Shown in pieces: positions 41,593 to 50,415 of a DNA stretch of 64,000 bases. A program made the translations under genes and the position numbers. How positions within the stretch are numbered: the stretch's first letter is position 1; each line of letters begins with the position of its first letter. A model generated the notes under the pieces. That model did no database searches, had not been told where the DNA came from, and was given only the letters and a program-made list of their open reading frames with translations. The DNA is from Bdellovibrionota bacterium (GTDB lineage: Bacteria; Bdellovibrionota; FAC87; UBA2466), in contig JBGTAN010000037.1 of NCBI GenBank assembly GCA_041749855.1, forward strand, positions 10,144 to 74,143, in the 5' to 3' direction.

Positions 41593-42663
41593 CTAGTTCT
41601 TTAAGAGCCGAAACGAGGCCAAACCCAGAAGTAACAAATTGGGAGCCCATGCTGCAGCAGCGGGAGGAATGTGCCCCCCTTTGCCGACCGAAAGCGAAAG
41701 TTTCGATATCAGCAGATAAATTACGACAATGCCAAAACAGAAAGCCACACTTCGGGCTGTGGAATGGGTTTTCAGCGGCTTCACGGCGAAAGGAAATCCA
41801 AGGAGTACGAGCACGAGTGGCGTAAATACTAAAGCTACCCGTTCGTGGTAGTTGACCTGTTGCGCGGTGGTATCCAATCCGTATTGCCGGTTCTTTCCGA
41901 TGTAACTTCTCAGGTCGCGCAACCGCATTGTATCGTCGCGTACTTCGAGGGCCTTAAAGTCCTTGGGTTTTTCGGGAATGACTTTGCGCTTGGTCTTAAA
42001 CTCCATCGAGAAGGGATAGCTCGTATCCGGCGGGTAGGTAACAATCAGGCCATCTTTAAGAATCCATTCATTGCCATCAAATTGCGCTTCTTTTGCCTGT
42101 ATCCGTTCTAAAAGATAAGACGAGGGCGTAAAGAGATAAACCTTCACGTCCTGCAGGGTGTTCGTCTCAGGAACAAAACGGCCCACATTGTAAACGAGAG
42201 GCCCGCTTCGATACCAAAAATTGGTTCGATTGAATGCCGAGAGGTTCTCTGTCGAGGCGGGGTCCATTCCCTGAGAGACGAGAATATGCTTCCGAGTGAA
42301 AACCGGAACAATCGGATCAAAAATTAAGAAGCTCGCCGTGCTCACTGTCGCGGTAATGGCCACAAACGTCGATAGGATACGCAGCGTACCGATGCCACTC
42401 GCGTACAGGGCCAGGATTTCATTTTGACGCGACATGGCCGTTAGGACCAGAAGACTCGCCATGAGGGAAGCCACAGGAACAAACTGCTGAATCGCTGCAG
42501 GCATTTTGTAGAGGTACATCCGCGTCATGGTGGAAAGCGGAAAAGTCGAACGCCAGAAGTTAGAGAGAAAATCAATTCCCAGAAACAGAATCGCCAAACC
42601 CAATAGGATCAAAAACAAGAACAGGACTGTTTCTCGAACGAGATATTTGTCGAGTGTGTCCAT
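41593..42663 (-). CDS. LPS export ABC transporter permease, LptF/LptG (YjgP/YjgQ) family
   Basis: Six-TM permease with a periplasmic beta-jellyroll insert, typical YjgP/YjgQ architecture. Confidence 0.8.
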   Translation of the reverse strand: MDTLDKYLVRETVLFLFLILLGLAILFLGIDFLSNFWRSTFPLSTMTRMYLYKMPAAIQQFVPVASLMASLLVLTAMSRQNEILALYASGIGTLRILSTFVAITATVSTASFLIFDPIVPVFTRKHILVSQGMDPASTENLSAFNRTNFWYRSGPLVYNVGRFVPETNTLQDVKVYLFTPSSYLLERIQAKEAQFDGNEWILKDGLIVTYPPDTSYPFSMEFKTKRKVIPEKPKDFKALEVRDDTMRLRDLRSYIGKNRQYGLDTTAQQVNYHERVALVFTPLVLVLLGFPFAVKPLKTHSTARSVAFCFGIVVIYLLISKLSLSVGKGGHIPPAAAAWAPNLLLLGLASFRLLKN

Positions 42664-42675
42664 CGGGCTTTGAGT

Positions 42676-45285
42676 CTAGGCTCCCTGTAGGAATTGCAGA
42701 AACTTCTCGAATGCAGAAGTGATCTTATCCGGCATTGTACCACCTGCCTGGGCAAAGTCAGGTTTCCCTCCGCCCGTTCCGCCGACTTCCTTAGCGAGAG
42801 GCTGGATCAATGAGGAGGCGTTGAACTTTCCTGTGAGATCCGACGTCAGGCCGACGACGAGAGAGACTCTGCCTTCGCTCTCGCTAGCGAGGACGACAAC
42901 TGCTTTGTCTTTTAGCTTGTCTCGGACTTGATCCACCAAGGTGCGCAGAATTTTCGGATTCACCGAAGGCACTTGCTCCATGACGAGTTGGAGTCCATTG
43001 ACAGACCGCTTCTTTTCCCAGAGGTGGCCCTGATTTGCGCCGCCGCCCCCCTGTGCGACTTTCAATTCGAGCTCGCCAATTTTCTTCTGAGCGGCGAGTT
43101 CGGCACTCTTTAGCCGCTTCACTTCCGCAATCTGTTCGAAGTAGAGTTCTCGAAGGTGGTCGTAGGCAGCATCCGCGGTCACAGCGGTAATGCGCCTTAC
43201 GCCACTAGCTACCGATCCTTCTGACGTAATTTTAATGCGCTGGATGGGAGAGATGTCGCCTTCAAGGTGGGTGCCCCCACAAAACTCCATGCTCACCGCC
43301 TTGTCGGAGCCTACTTTCACCACTCGGACTCGGTCTCCGTACTTCTCGTCAAAAAAGGCAAGCGCGCCTTCCTTGATCGCTTCGTCGTAGCTCAGTTCTT
43401 TGGTCTCAACGGGATGGCCTTCGCGAACGTGGCTGTTGACCTCTTCCTCGACTCTGGCGATCTCCTCTTCAGTTAATCGAGTGGGGTAAGTGAAATCGAA
43501 ACGGAGGCGTTCGGAATCCACGAGCGAGCCAGCCTGTTTCACTCTATCGCCCAGCACGGATCGAAGCGCAGCGTGCAGCATATGTGTCGCGGTGTGATTG
43601 ATAGCCGTCTTGCGCCGCTTCATCTTATCGACGACCAAGGTGTATTGATTTCCCACCTTCAACTCGCCTGTAACCTTGATCTTATGCAAGAAGGTCTTCC
43701 CATTCTTCTTGGTGTCAAGAACGGTGGCTTCAGGCTTATCCGACGCGATGACTCCTCCGTCTCCGACTTGTCCGCCGCTTTCTGCATAGAACGGCGTCTT
43801 TGGGAAGACGGCAAAGCCGGATGCATTCGCCTTCAGTGCAGTTACCTCGATGCCATTCTCATCGAAGAGAAGTTCGAGCTGTGAACTGTCTTTGGTGGTT
43901 TTGTAACCGGTGAAATCCGTTTCCGTGCGTTTACGATCTAAAACTTTTGAAATGGCTTCAGTCGAACCCCCGGATTCCGCTTTTGCGGTGCTCTGACTGC
44001 GCTGCTTGTCCATTAAGGCTTCGAAGCCCTTTTCGTCGATAGAAAGGCGATGTTCGGCGACGATCGTCGCCGTTAGGTCCAATGGGAATCCAAAAGTATC
44101 GTAAAGTTTAAACGCAATATCAGCGGGCAAGGCGGTTGCCTTTTTCTTGGAACAGTCCGCAATGGCCGTTTCCAAAACGCCCAATCCACGGTGGAGTGTT
44201 TCGTGGAACTTCGTCTCTTCTTCTCGAATGAGCGTTTCGATGTTCGGACGCTGTTCAACGATTTCTGGATAAACTTTTCCTAGGGAGTCGGTCACCCCGC
44301 CCACGAGCGAGTGAATAAACGGGGTTTCCTGTCCTAACTTCTTTCCGTGCCGAATAGCCCGACGGAGAATGCGCCGAAGCACGTAGCCGCGGCCTTCATT
44401 GCTCGGCAAAACGCCGTCCGCAATCAGAAACGTGCAGGCCCGCAAGTGATCTGCAATCACGCGCATCGAGATCGAATTTCCATCCTGGAGTTCAGTGGAG
44501 TAGGGGCGATGCACTGTTTTAGAAATGCTTTGGAGCAGCGGAGCAAAAAGATCGCAATCGTAGTTGCTGAACTTGCCTTGCAGAACACTTGTTACGCGCT
44601 CAAGTCCGGAGCCTGTATCCACGCTCGGTTTAGGGAGAGGGGTCATTTTACCGCTGCTATCGCGGTTGAACTGCATGAAGACCAAGTTCCAGATTTCCAG
44701 AAAACGCCCATCCGTATCCGTGCCGGGAGATTTGCCGCGTCCGAACTCAGGGCCCCAATCGTAATGGATTTCTGTGCACGGGCCGCAAGGGCCTGTGTCG
44801 CCCATCGACCAGAAATTGTCTTTCTCGCCGAGTTTCTCGATGCGCGAAGCAGGGAAGCCGATCTTCTTCCAAAGTTCCAACGCTTCATCATCGTCTTTGA
44901 AAACGGTGACCCACATTTTGTCGATAGGAAGCTGCCACTGTTTGAAGAGCAGTTCCCAAGCGAACGCGATGGCTTCTTGTTTGAAATAATCGCCAAAGGA
45001 GAAATTGCCCAACATTTCGAAAAACGTGTGGTGGCGTGGGGTAAAGCCGACGTTTTCTAAGTCGTTGTGCTTGCCGCCTGCGCGGAGAGACTTTTGGGCC
45101 GTAGTGGCCCGGGTGTACCCATTGTTTTGAATGCCCAAAAAGCAGTCTTTAAATTGGACCATTCCCGAGTTGGTGAACATGAGCGTAGGGTCCGCCGCCG
45201 GGATGAGGCTGGAACTCCGCACTCGGGTATGCCCATTGCGTTCGAAAAACTTCAGGAACGACTCTCGGATTTCTGCAGACTGCAC
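42676..45285 (-). CDS. alaS: Alanine--tRNA ligase
   Basis: Class II aaRS motifs, HxxxH...C Zn editing domain, C-terminal DHHA1; 869 aa. Confidence 0.97.
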   Translation of the reverse strand: MQSAEIRESFLKFFERNGHTRVRSSSLIPAADPTLMFTNSGMVQFKDCFLGIQNNGYTRATTAQKSLRAGGKHNDLENVGFTPRHHTFFEMLGNFSFGDYFKQEAIAFAWELLFKQWQLPIDKMWVTVFKDDDEALELWKKIGFPASRIEKLGEKDNFWSMGDTGPCGPCTEIHYDWGPEFGRGKSPGTDTDGRFLEIWNLVFMQFNRDSSGKMTPLPKPSVDTGSGLERVTSVLQGKFSNYDCDLFAPLLQSISKTVHRPYSTELQDGNSISMRVIADHLRACTFLIADGVLPSNEGRGYVLRRILRRAIRHGKKLGQETPFIHSLVGGVTDSLGKVYPEIVEQRPNIETLIREEETKFHETLHRGLGVLETAIADCSKKKATALPADIAFKLYDTFGFPLDLTATIVAEHRLSIDEKGFEALMDKQRSQSTAKAESGGSTEAISKVLDRKRTETDFTGYKTTKDSSQLELLFDENGIEVTALKANASGFAVFPKTPFYAESGGQVGDGGVIASDKPEATVLDTKKNGKTFLHKIKVTGELKVGNQYTLVVDKMKRRKTAINHTATHMLHAALRSVLGDRVKQAGSLVDSERLRFDFTYPTRLTEEEIARVEEEVNSHVREGHPVETKELSYDEAIKEGALAFFDEKYGDRVRVVKVGSDKAVSMEFCGGTHLEGDISPIQRIKITSEGSVASGVRRITAVTADAAYDHLRELYFEQIAEVKRLKSAELAAQKKIGELELKVAQGGGGANQGHLWEKKRSVNGLQLVMEQVPSVNPKILRTLVDQVRDKLKDKAVVVLASESEGRVSLVVGLTSDLTGKFNASSLIQPLAKEVGGTGGGKPDFAQAGGTMPDKITSAFEKFLQFLQGA

Positions 45286-45392
45286 TTTGACGCCTCTTTA
45301 GACCCTCCAATTTAGGGGATTTCGGCTTTGAAGTCCAAGACATTGCCACCACGCGCCAGGCGCGCTAAACAGGTTCAGGGAGAGAACTTTTC

Positions 45393-46331
45393 ATGGAAAT
45401 ACGCCACGACTGGAGTTCAAAAGAGGTCCACTCGCTTTTAACAGGGCCGCTAGATGCCTTATTGGCAAGGGCGCGCGACCTGCATAGAGAATTTGCCGCG
45501 CAAGACGTTCAGCAGTGTCAGCTTTTGAGTATTAAGACCGGTGCCTGTCCGGAAGATTGTGGCTATTGCTCCCAAAGTGCTCGTTTCAAGACCGAAGTGA
45601 AGCCTGAAGCCCTGATGGATGTGACAGCTGTCATTGAGTCCGCGAGAACGGCTCGAGCAGAAGGGGCAACCCGGTTTTGCATGGGTGCCGCTTGGCGGCA
45701 AGCGCCCAAGGAAGGCGATAAGCGCTTCGAAGCGGTTTTGGACATGATCCGCGGGGTTGCCGATACCGGGATGGAAGTTTGCTGCACGCTTGGGATGGCC
45801 ACGGAAGAACAGCTTACGAAAATGAAAGAAGCGGGACTGACCGCTTACAATCACAACTTGGATACGAGCCGGGAATTTTATCCCGAAGTGATCACCACAC
45901 GTACCTACGATGACCGGCTCAATACTTTGGCGGCGGCTCGTCGAGCCGGTGTTCAGGTTTGTTGCGGTGGGATTCTGGGACTGGGCGAGTCCGTTGCCGA
46001 TCGGGCAGGTTTGCTCACCGAGCTTGCGAACATGGATCCGCATCCGGAAAGTGTTCCTGTGAACTTACTGGTTCCTATCGATGGCACGCCGCTCGAAGGG
46101 ACTGAAGCGGTCCCCTTTGAAGAGTTTTTGAGGGCGATTGCTACCGCGCGTGTGCTCATGCCCAAAGCGCGCGTGCGCCTGAGCGCAGGTCGCAATACGC
46201 TGACCGAAGAACAGCAGCTGCAGTGTTTTGCTGCCGGTGCGAACTCCATTTTTGTCGGCGAGAAATTGCTGACAGCGCCCAATGTGGATTGGGATCAAGA
46301 CCGCCGAATGGTCAGCCAGCTCTCTCCTTGA
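45393..46331 (+). CDS. bioB: Biotin synthase
   Basis: Radical SAM CPEDCGYCSQS; BioB-conserved segments. Confidence 0.95.
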   Translation: MEIRHDWSSKEVHSLLTGPLDALLARARDLHREFAAQDVQQCQLLSIKTGACPEDCGYCSQSARFKTEVKPEALMDVTAVIESARTARAEGATRFCMGAAWRQAPKEGDKRFEAVLDMIRGVADTGMEVCCTLGMATEEQLTKMKEAGLTAYNHNLDTSREFYPEVITTRTYDDRLNTLAAARRAGVQVCCGGILGLGESVADRAGLLTELANMDPHPESVPVNLLVPIDGTPLEGTEAVPFEEFLRAIATARVLMPKARVRLSAGRNTLTEEQQLQCFAAGANSIFVGEKLLTAPNVDWDQDRRMVSQLSP

Positions 46332-46470
46332 ACGAGTCTCTCGCGCGAGATACGAGCGATGTCGACTTCAATGGGCACTCCCCGGGCCTTAAACTCCGCT
46401 TCAAGTCGCTTTGCGTCCTGTTCGGCGCGCGCCCCAATGATGGCCTCATTTCTGTTCCCGGAACAATTGA

Positions 46471-48525
46471 TTAAACTGGTGCTTTTTCCTCCATATTGTC
46501 CGCTACGATCTGCATGACATCCATCACCTGCACTTGGTTATCCACGCCTTGGTCCGTCACCCCGTTACCGATCATGATGCGGCAGTAGGGGCAGGAAGTT
46601 GCGATGACGTCGGGCTTCTTCTCAAGCGCTTGAGTGACGCGCAGGTTGTTGACGCGTTGATTCGCAGGTTCTTCAACCCACATACGGCCCCCACCCGCCC
46701 CACAGCATGTAGCTTGTTTTCGGTTTTGAGGAATCTCTTCCAGCTTTGCGCCCGGAACATGTGAAAGAATGTGCCGAGGCTCTTCGTACACTTCGTTGAA
46801 ACGGCCGTAGTAGCACGAATCATGATAGACGATTTTCTTGTCCATGGACTTAGTTACTTTGATTTTATCGTCGTGGAGGAGCTGATTCACTAGATCGCCA
46901 GCGCGAATGATCTCCCATTTACCGCCGAAATCCGGGTACTCATTGCTCATGGTGTTGAAGCAGTGAGGGCAGTTCACTAAGATCTTCTTCACGTTGTAGG
47001 ATTTGATTTTGGTGATCAGCGCTTCGGCCATTGTCTGGAAGAGGTATTCATTTCCTAAGCGGCGCGCGGTTTCTCCGTTGCACAACTCTTCTTTTCCGAG
47101 AATGGCGAACGAAACACCTGCTTGTTTTAAGATCTTCACAAAGGCTTGAGTGGTTTTGCGGTTGTTCGAGTCAAAAGCACCGCCACACCCGACATAGTAG
47201 AGGTACTCAACATCCTGCTTGTCGGCGATACGGGGGACATCCAATCCATCCGTCCACGCCGCGCGCTCTTCTGAACTAATACCCCAAGGGTTAGAATTGT
47301 TCTCCAGCCCCTTGAAGGTACGACCCAGTTCTTCAGGAAAACGAGAAGCCTCTTGAACCAGGTGTTGTCGAATAGCGACGATTTTATCGACGTATTCAAT
47401 GTTCACTGGACAGGCTTCTTCGCAAGCCCTGCAGGCGTTGCAAGACCAAACGACTTCGTCGATAACCGGTTTTCCCTCACCGACTACGACGTCAAGCGCG
47501 GCGGCTCCCTCGGAGCCTGCTTTGAGTTTGTTGATACTTCCCTGCTGTGCATAGAGCGTATCGCGCAGCTGCAGCAAAAATTGTCGAGGAGCAAGGGGCT
47601 TGCCCGTGGCAGTTGCTGGGCACATGGCGGAACAGCGCCCGCACTCCGTGCAACTGTACATGTCGAGAGATTGTTTCCAGGTGAAGTCCATTGGCTTGGA
47701 GCGGCCGAAAGAAGGACTATCGCCGGAGAAATCGACCTTTGCGAGACGACCTGCGGGTTCAACTCGACCAAAGAAGACGTTGAGCACGGCCGTAATAATG
47801 TGAAAGTGCTTCGATCGGGGTAGGACGTTGAGGAACGTTAAAATTACTAAGTTGTGTGTCCACCACGCTACCGCGCTCACCTGGGCCGCCAGGGTCAGAT
47901 CTGATCCAAAAAGGCTAGCAATCCAAGTGGTGATGGGCTGCCAGTGTGTCATCTCGGCAACCCGGTCTGGATTGGATTCCAACACGAGTTGGCCTGCGTC
48001 ATAGAGGAACCCCGACAGCATGATGGTGCCGATGAAGCACAAAATGACAACCGCTTCGACATGCGAGTGGCTGTGAAGCTTTGCTTCCGCGGGCAAAAAA
48101 CCCATCAAACGCTGGGGTTTTTGGATCAGCCAGCGGTATAACAAAATCGCTACTGCGCCCATGACAGCGAGCTGAAAGAAGTCTTTGGAGAGACCATAAG
48201 GTCCGGAGATGGGGGCCGGCACTTCGAAAGTGGGGAACCATCCCCGTGCGAACATCGTGACGACCTGCAAGCCCAACACCACAAAGCCCCAGAATACGAC
48301 AATGTGAAGTACGCCTGCGATGCCGCCGTCTCGAAAGAACTTGTACTGGCCAAGCGCGTAAATGGCTGTGTTGCTAATGCGCTTGGGCCAGGTGGCGAGC
48401 CCGTAGTTGCGAGCGTCGTCCCGCCGCATTTTGAGCAGCATCTTCAATCGGCCCGTTAGCTGATAGAGAAAAAACCCAATTGCGACAAAGAAGATGACCG
48501 ACCACAAGATCATTTGAATATCCAT
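46471..48525 (-). CDS. Membrane-bound Fe-S oxidoreductase: N-terminal cytochrome b-like (NarI/DsrM-type) domain fused to HdrD/DsrK-like 2x[4Fe-4S] plus CCG domains
   Basis: Five or six TM helices with conserved His; ferredoxin motifs CTECGRCSAMCP and CNACRACEEACP; Cys-rich CCG-type motifs (CGGAF, CPHCF, CCGAGGG, CPYC). Confidence 0.8.
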   Translation of the reverse strand: MDIQMILWSVIFFVAIGFFLYQLTGRLKMLLKMRRDDARNYGLATWPKRISNTAIYALGQYKFFRDGGIAGVLHIVVFWGFVVLGLQVVTMFARGWFPTFEVPAPISGPYGLSKDFFQLAVMGAVAILLYRWLIQKPQRLMGFLPAEAKLHSHSHVEAVVILCFIGTIMLSGFLYDAGQLVLESNPDRVAEMTHWQPITTWIASLFGSDLTLAAQVSAVAWWTHNLVILTFLNVLPRSKHFHIITAVLNVFFGRVEPAGRLAKVDFSGDSPSFGRSKPMDFTWKQSLDMYSCTECGRCSAMCPATATGKPLAPRQFLLQLRDTLYAQQGSINKLKAGSEGAAALDVVVGEGKPVIDEVVWSCNACRACEEACPVNIEYVDKIVAIRQHLVQEASRFPEELGRTFKGLENNSNPWGISSEERAAWTDGLDVPRIADKQDVEYLYYVGCGGAFDSNNRKTTQAFVKILKQAGVSFAILGKEELCNGETARRLGNEYLFQTMAEALITKIKSYNVKKILVNCPHCFNTMSNEYPDFGGKWEIIRAGDLVNQLLHDDKIKVTKSMDKKIVYHDSCYYGRFNEVYEEPRHILSHVPGAKLEEIPQNRKQATCCGAGGGRMWVEEPANQRVNNLRVTQALEKKPDVIATSCPYCRIMIGNGVTDQGVDNQVQVMDVMQIVADNMEEKAPV

Positions 48526-48540
48526 GTGTTAACAATACCT

Positions 48541-48626
48541 CCTTGAAAGGGGTCAGTCGACTTTCAAGGAACCCGAGGCCAATACGACACCACCTTCCTT
48601 GAAAGTCGACTGACCCCTTTCAAGGA
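48541..48626. repeat. 30-bp perfect inverted repeat (nested palindromes centred on GTCGAC) with 25-nt loop
   Basis: 48541-48570 ccttgaaaggggtcagtcgactttcaagga is the exact reverse complement of 48596-48625. Overlaps the C-N hydrolase stop codon and abuts the GGAGG RBS of the Fe-S oxidoreductase gene. Confidence 0.85.
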
Positions 48627-49420
48627 AACAGGTCGTCGCGGCGCGAGGCCCAGGGGTCGACGCGAGAGCGGCAGTCTTCGCCATGCTTGGCGTCGTATTG
48701 CAAGAACAGGGTTCGCGGCTTTGTGTCGGCCAGTGCCCGCACTTTGCCCCAGGCATCAACCACTATCGAGTGGCCGTAGGTTTTAGCGCCATTGCCCGAC
48801 GTGCCCGTCAACCCGGGTGCAGCGAGCGTAAACTGATTCTCGATCGCGCGCGCGCGGGTGAGTGCTTCCCAATGGGCTTTGCCCGTAGGCACCGTAAAGG
48901 CGGAAGGGAGAAAGACGACTTGTGCGCCGCGCTTCTTTAACGATCGAAATAGCTCGGGAAAGCGAAGGTCGTAGCAAATCGCCAGACCAAAGCAGATTCC
49001 CTCAGCAGTGAAAGTGGTGACTTCTCCGCCTGCGTCCGTGTAGTGGCTTTCGTCGTAACTCCTATCAGGCAGTCGAGCCTTGAACAAAAAGACCTTCCTA
49101 TAGCGCGTGACCTCATTCCCATCTGGCCCAAATACCGGGAGCGTATTGAAATGCCGACCGGCAGAAGCAGGTTCGCGTAAGCTGCCGGGAAGCAGGTAGA
49201 TGCCCAAAGCCTTTGCCCATTCGCCAAACTCGCGACAGAGCGCAGCGAAGCGGCTCGTAACGGGTGGGCAGGCCTTTAGGGGCGCAGAAAAATAGGCCAT
49301 CTCCGGAAAGACGACCATACGCGCTCCCTTTTTTGCGGCAGACTCAGTGGATCGCCGCATAGACGTGAGGTTCGCGTCGAGATCCGCCGTACTTCTCATT
49401 TGGACGAGCGCAATTTTCAT
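48620..49420 (-). CDS. Carbon-nitrogen hydrolase (nitrilase superfamily)
   Basis: Catalytic E (VVFPEM), K (KVFLF), C (AICYDLRFPE). Start MKIALVQM; the track ORF is extended upstream. Confidence 0.85.
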   Translation of the reverse strand: MKIALVQMRSTADLDANLTSMRRSTESAAKKGARMVVFPEMAYFSAPLKACPPVTSRFAALCREFGEWAKALGIYLLPGSLREPASAGRHFNTLPVFGPDGNEVTRYRKVFLFKARLPDRSYDESHYTDAGGEVTTFTAEGICFGLAICYDLRFPELFRSLKKRGAQVVFLPSAFTVPTGKAHWEALTRARAIENQFTLAAPGLTGTSGNGAKTYGHSIVVDAWGKVRALADTKPRTLFLQYDAKHGEDCRSRVDPWASRRDDLFP

Positions 49421-49476
49421 GATCGAGACCGTTTCTTGAAATTGTACGACAACCGTCGCAAGATTGGGACCCAGGT

Positions 49477-50415
49477 ATGAAGTTCTTATTTGTCGGAGAC
49501 CATTGGAACCAGTTGAAGCCAGCGACGGATACGTCGCTCGCACTTGTGCACGCTTCGATGGAAAAAGGGCACAAGGTTTGGTGGACGACGGCCGAAGGTG
49601 TTCGGCTCGAAAAGGGAAAACTGAAGGTCGTTGCAGAACCCTGCCTTTCCTTTCGCCCGGGCGGTTTACCAGGTCGTGGCGCAGCCGAGGAGCTTCCCTT
49701 AAGCGCCTTCAAGGTGGTGTGGATCCGAAAAGATCCCCCTTTTGATGCTTCTTACACAGCGCTTTGTTGGTTGCTCGCCTTAGAAGAACATTCCGTGATG
49801 ATGGTGAACAAACCCAGTCTTTTGCTGCGCTACCACGAGAAACTCATTCCCTTTGAAGCCGTGAACCACGGTTACTTAAAGTCGAACGCGCTGATCCCCA
49901 CACACGTGGGTCCACCGACTTCTTCCTTGTTGTATGCCCAGATGTTGAAATTGGATCCGGCTATTAGCAAGCCGTTCCTCGGCTTTGGTGGATCAGACAT
50001 TCGTAAGTTCTCGCTCTCGCTCGGTGAAACACCCCCGATGAACGAAGGGTTGCGCCTCACACAGCCTTTTCTGCCTGAAATTGCCACGCAGGGAGATCGA
50101 CGCGTGTTCTATCTCGGAGGTAAAATTATCGGTGATTTCGTTCGCCTTCCGAAGTCTGGCGACTACGTCAGCAATATCGCGCGTGGGGGTAGCGGGCATA
50201 TCATTGAGATGAAGCCCAAGGAGCGTCAGGTCGCAGAAGCCCTCGGGCAGTTCTTAAAGAAGGTAGGAATTGTCTTTGCGGGTGCAGACTTAATGGGAGC
50301 CCGCGTTTCCGAAGTGAACATCACTTCTCCCACAGGAGTGCGAACTTACTTGCAGCTGACGGAGGAAGACTTATCTGTGCCTATCGTCGATTTTGTTCAG
50401 GGTAAAGCTGAGTAA
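49477..50415 (+). CDS. gshB: Glutathione synthetase (ATP-grasp)
   Basis: Prokaryotic GshB N-terminal and ATP-grasp domains. Confidence 0.85.
   Translation: MKFLFVGDHWNQLKPATDTSLALVHASMEKGHKVWWTTAEGVRLEKGKLKVVAEPCLSFRPGGLPGRGAAEELPLSAFKVVWIRKDPPFDASYTALCWLLALEEHSVMMVNKPSLLLRYHEKLIPFEAVNHGYLKSNALIPTHVGPPTSSLLYAQMLKLDPAISKPFLGFGGSDIRKFSLSLGETPPMNEGLRLTQPFLPEIATQGDRRVFYLGGKIIGDFVRLPKSGDYVSNIARGGSGHIIEMKPKERQVAEALGQFLKKVGIVFAGADLMGARVSEVNITSPTGVRTYLQLTEEDLSVPIVDFVQGKAE

Noticed and set aside
45286-45392. Possible biotin-operon operator (imperfect palindrome cgcgccaggcgcg) upstream of bioB
   Set aside because: Short, GC-only imperfect palindrome without resemblance to BirA or BioR operators; could be chance.
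46332-46470. Small RNA or terminator between bioB and the Fe-S oxidoreductase gene (palindrome tctcgcgcgaga at about 46338)
   Set aside because: No U-tract and no recognisable Rfam-like motif (SRP, tmRNA, 6S) by eye. The convergent gene ends probably only need a bidirectional stop.
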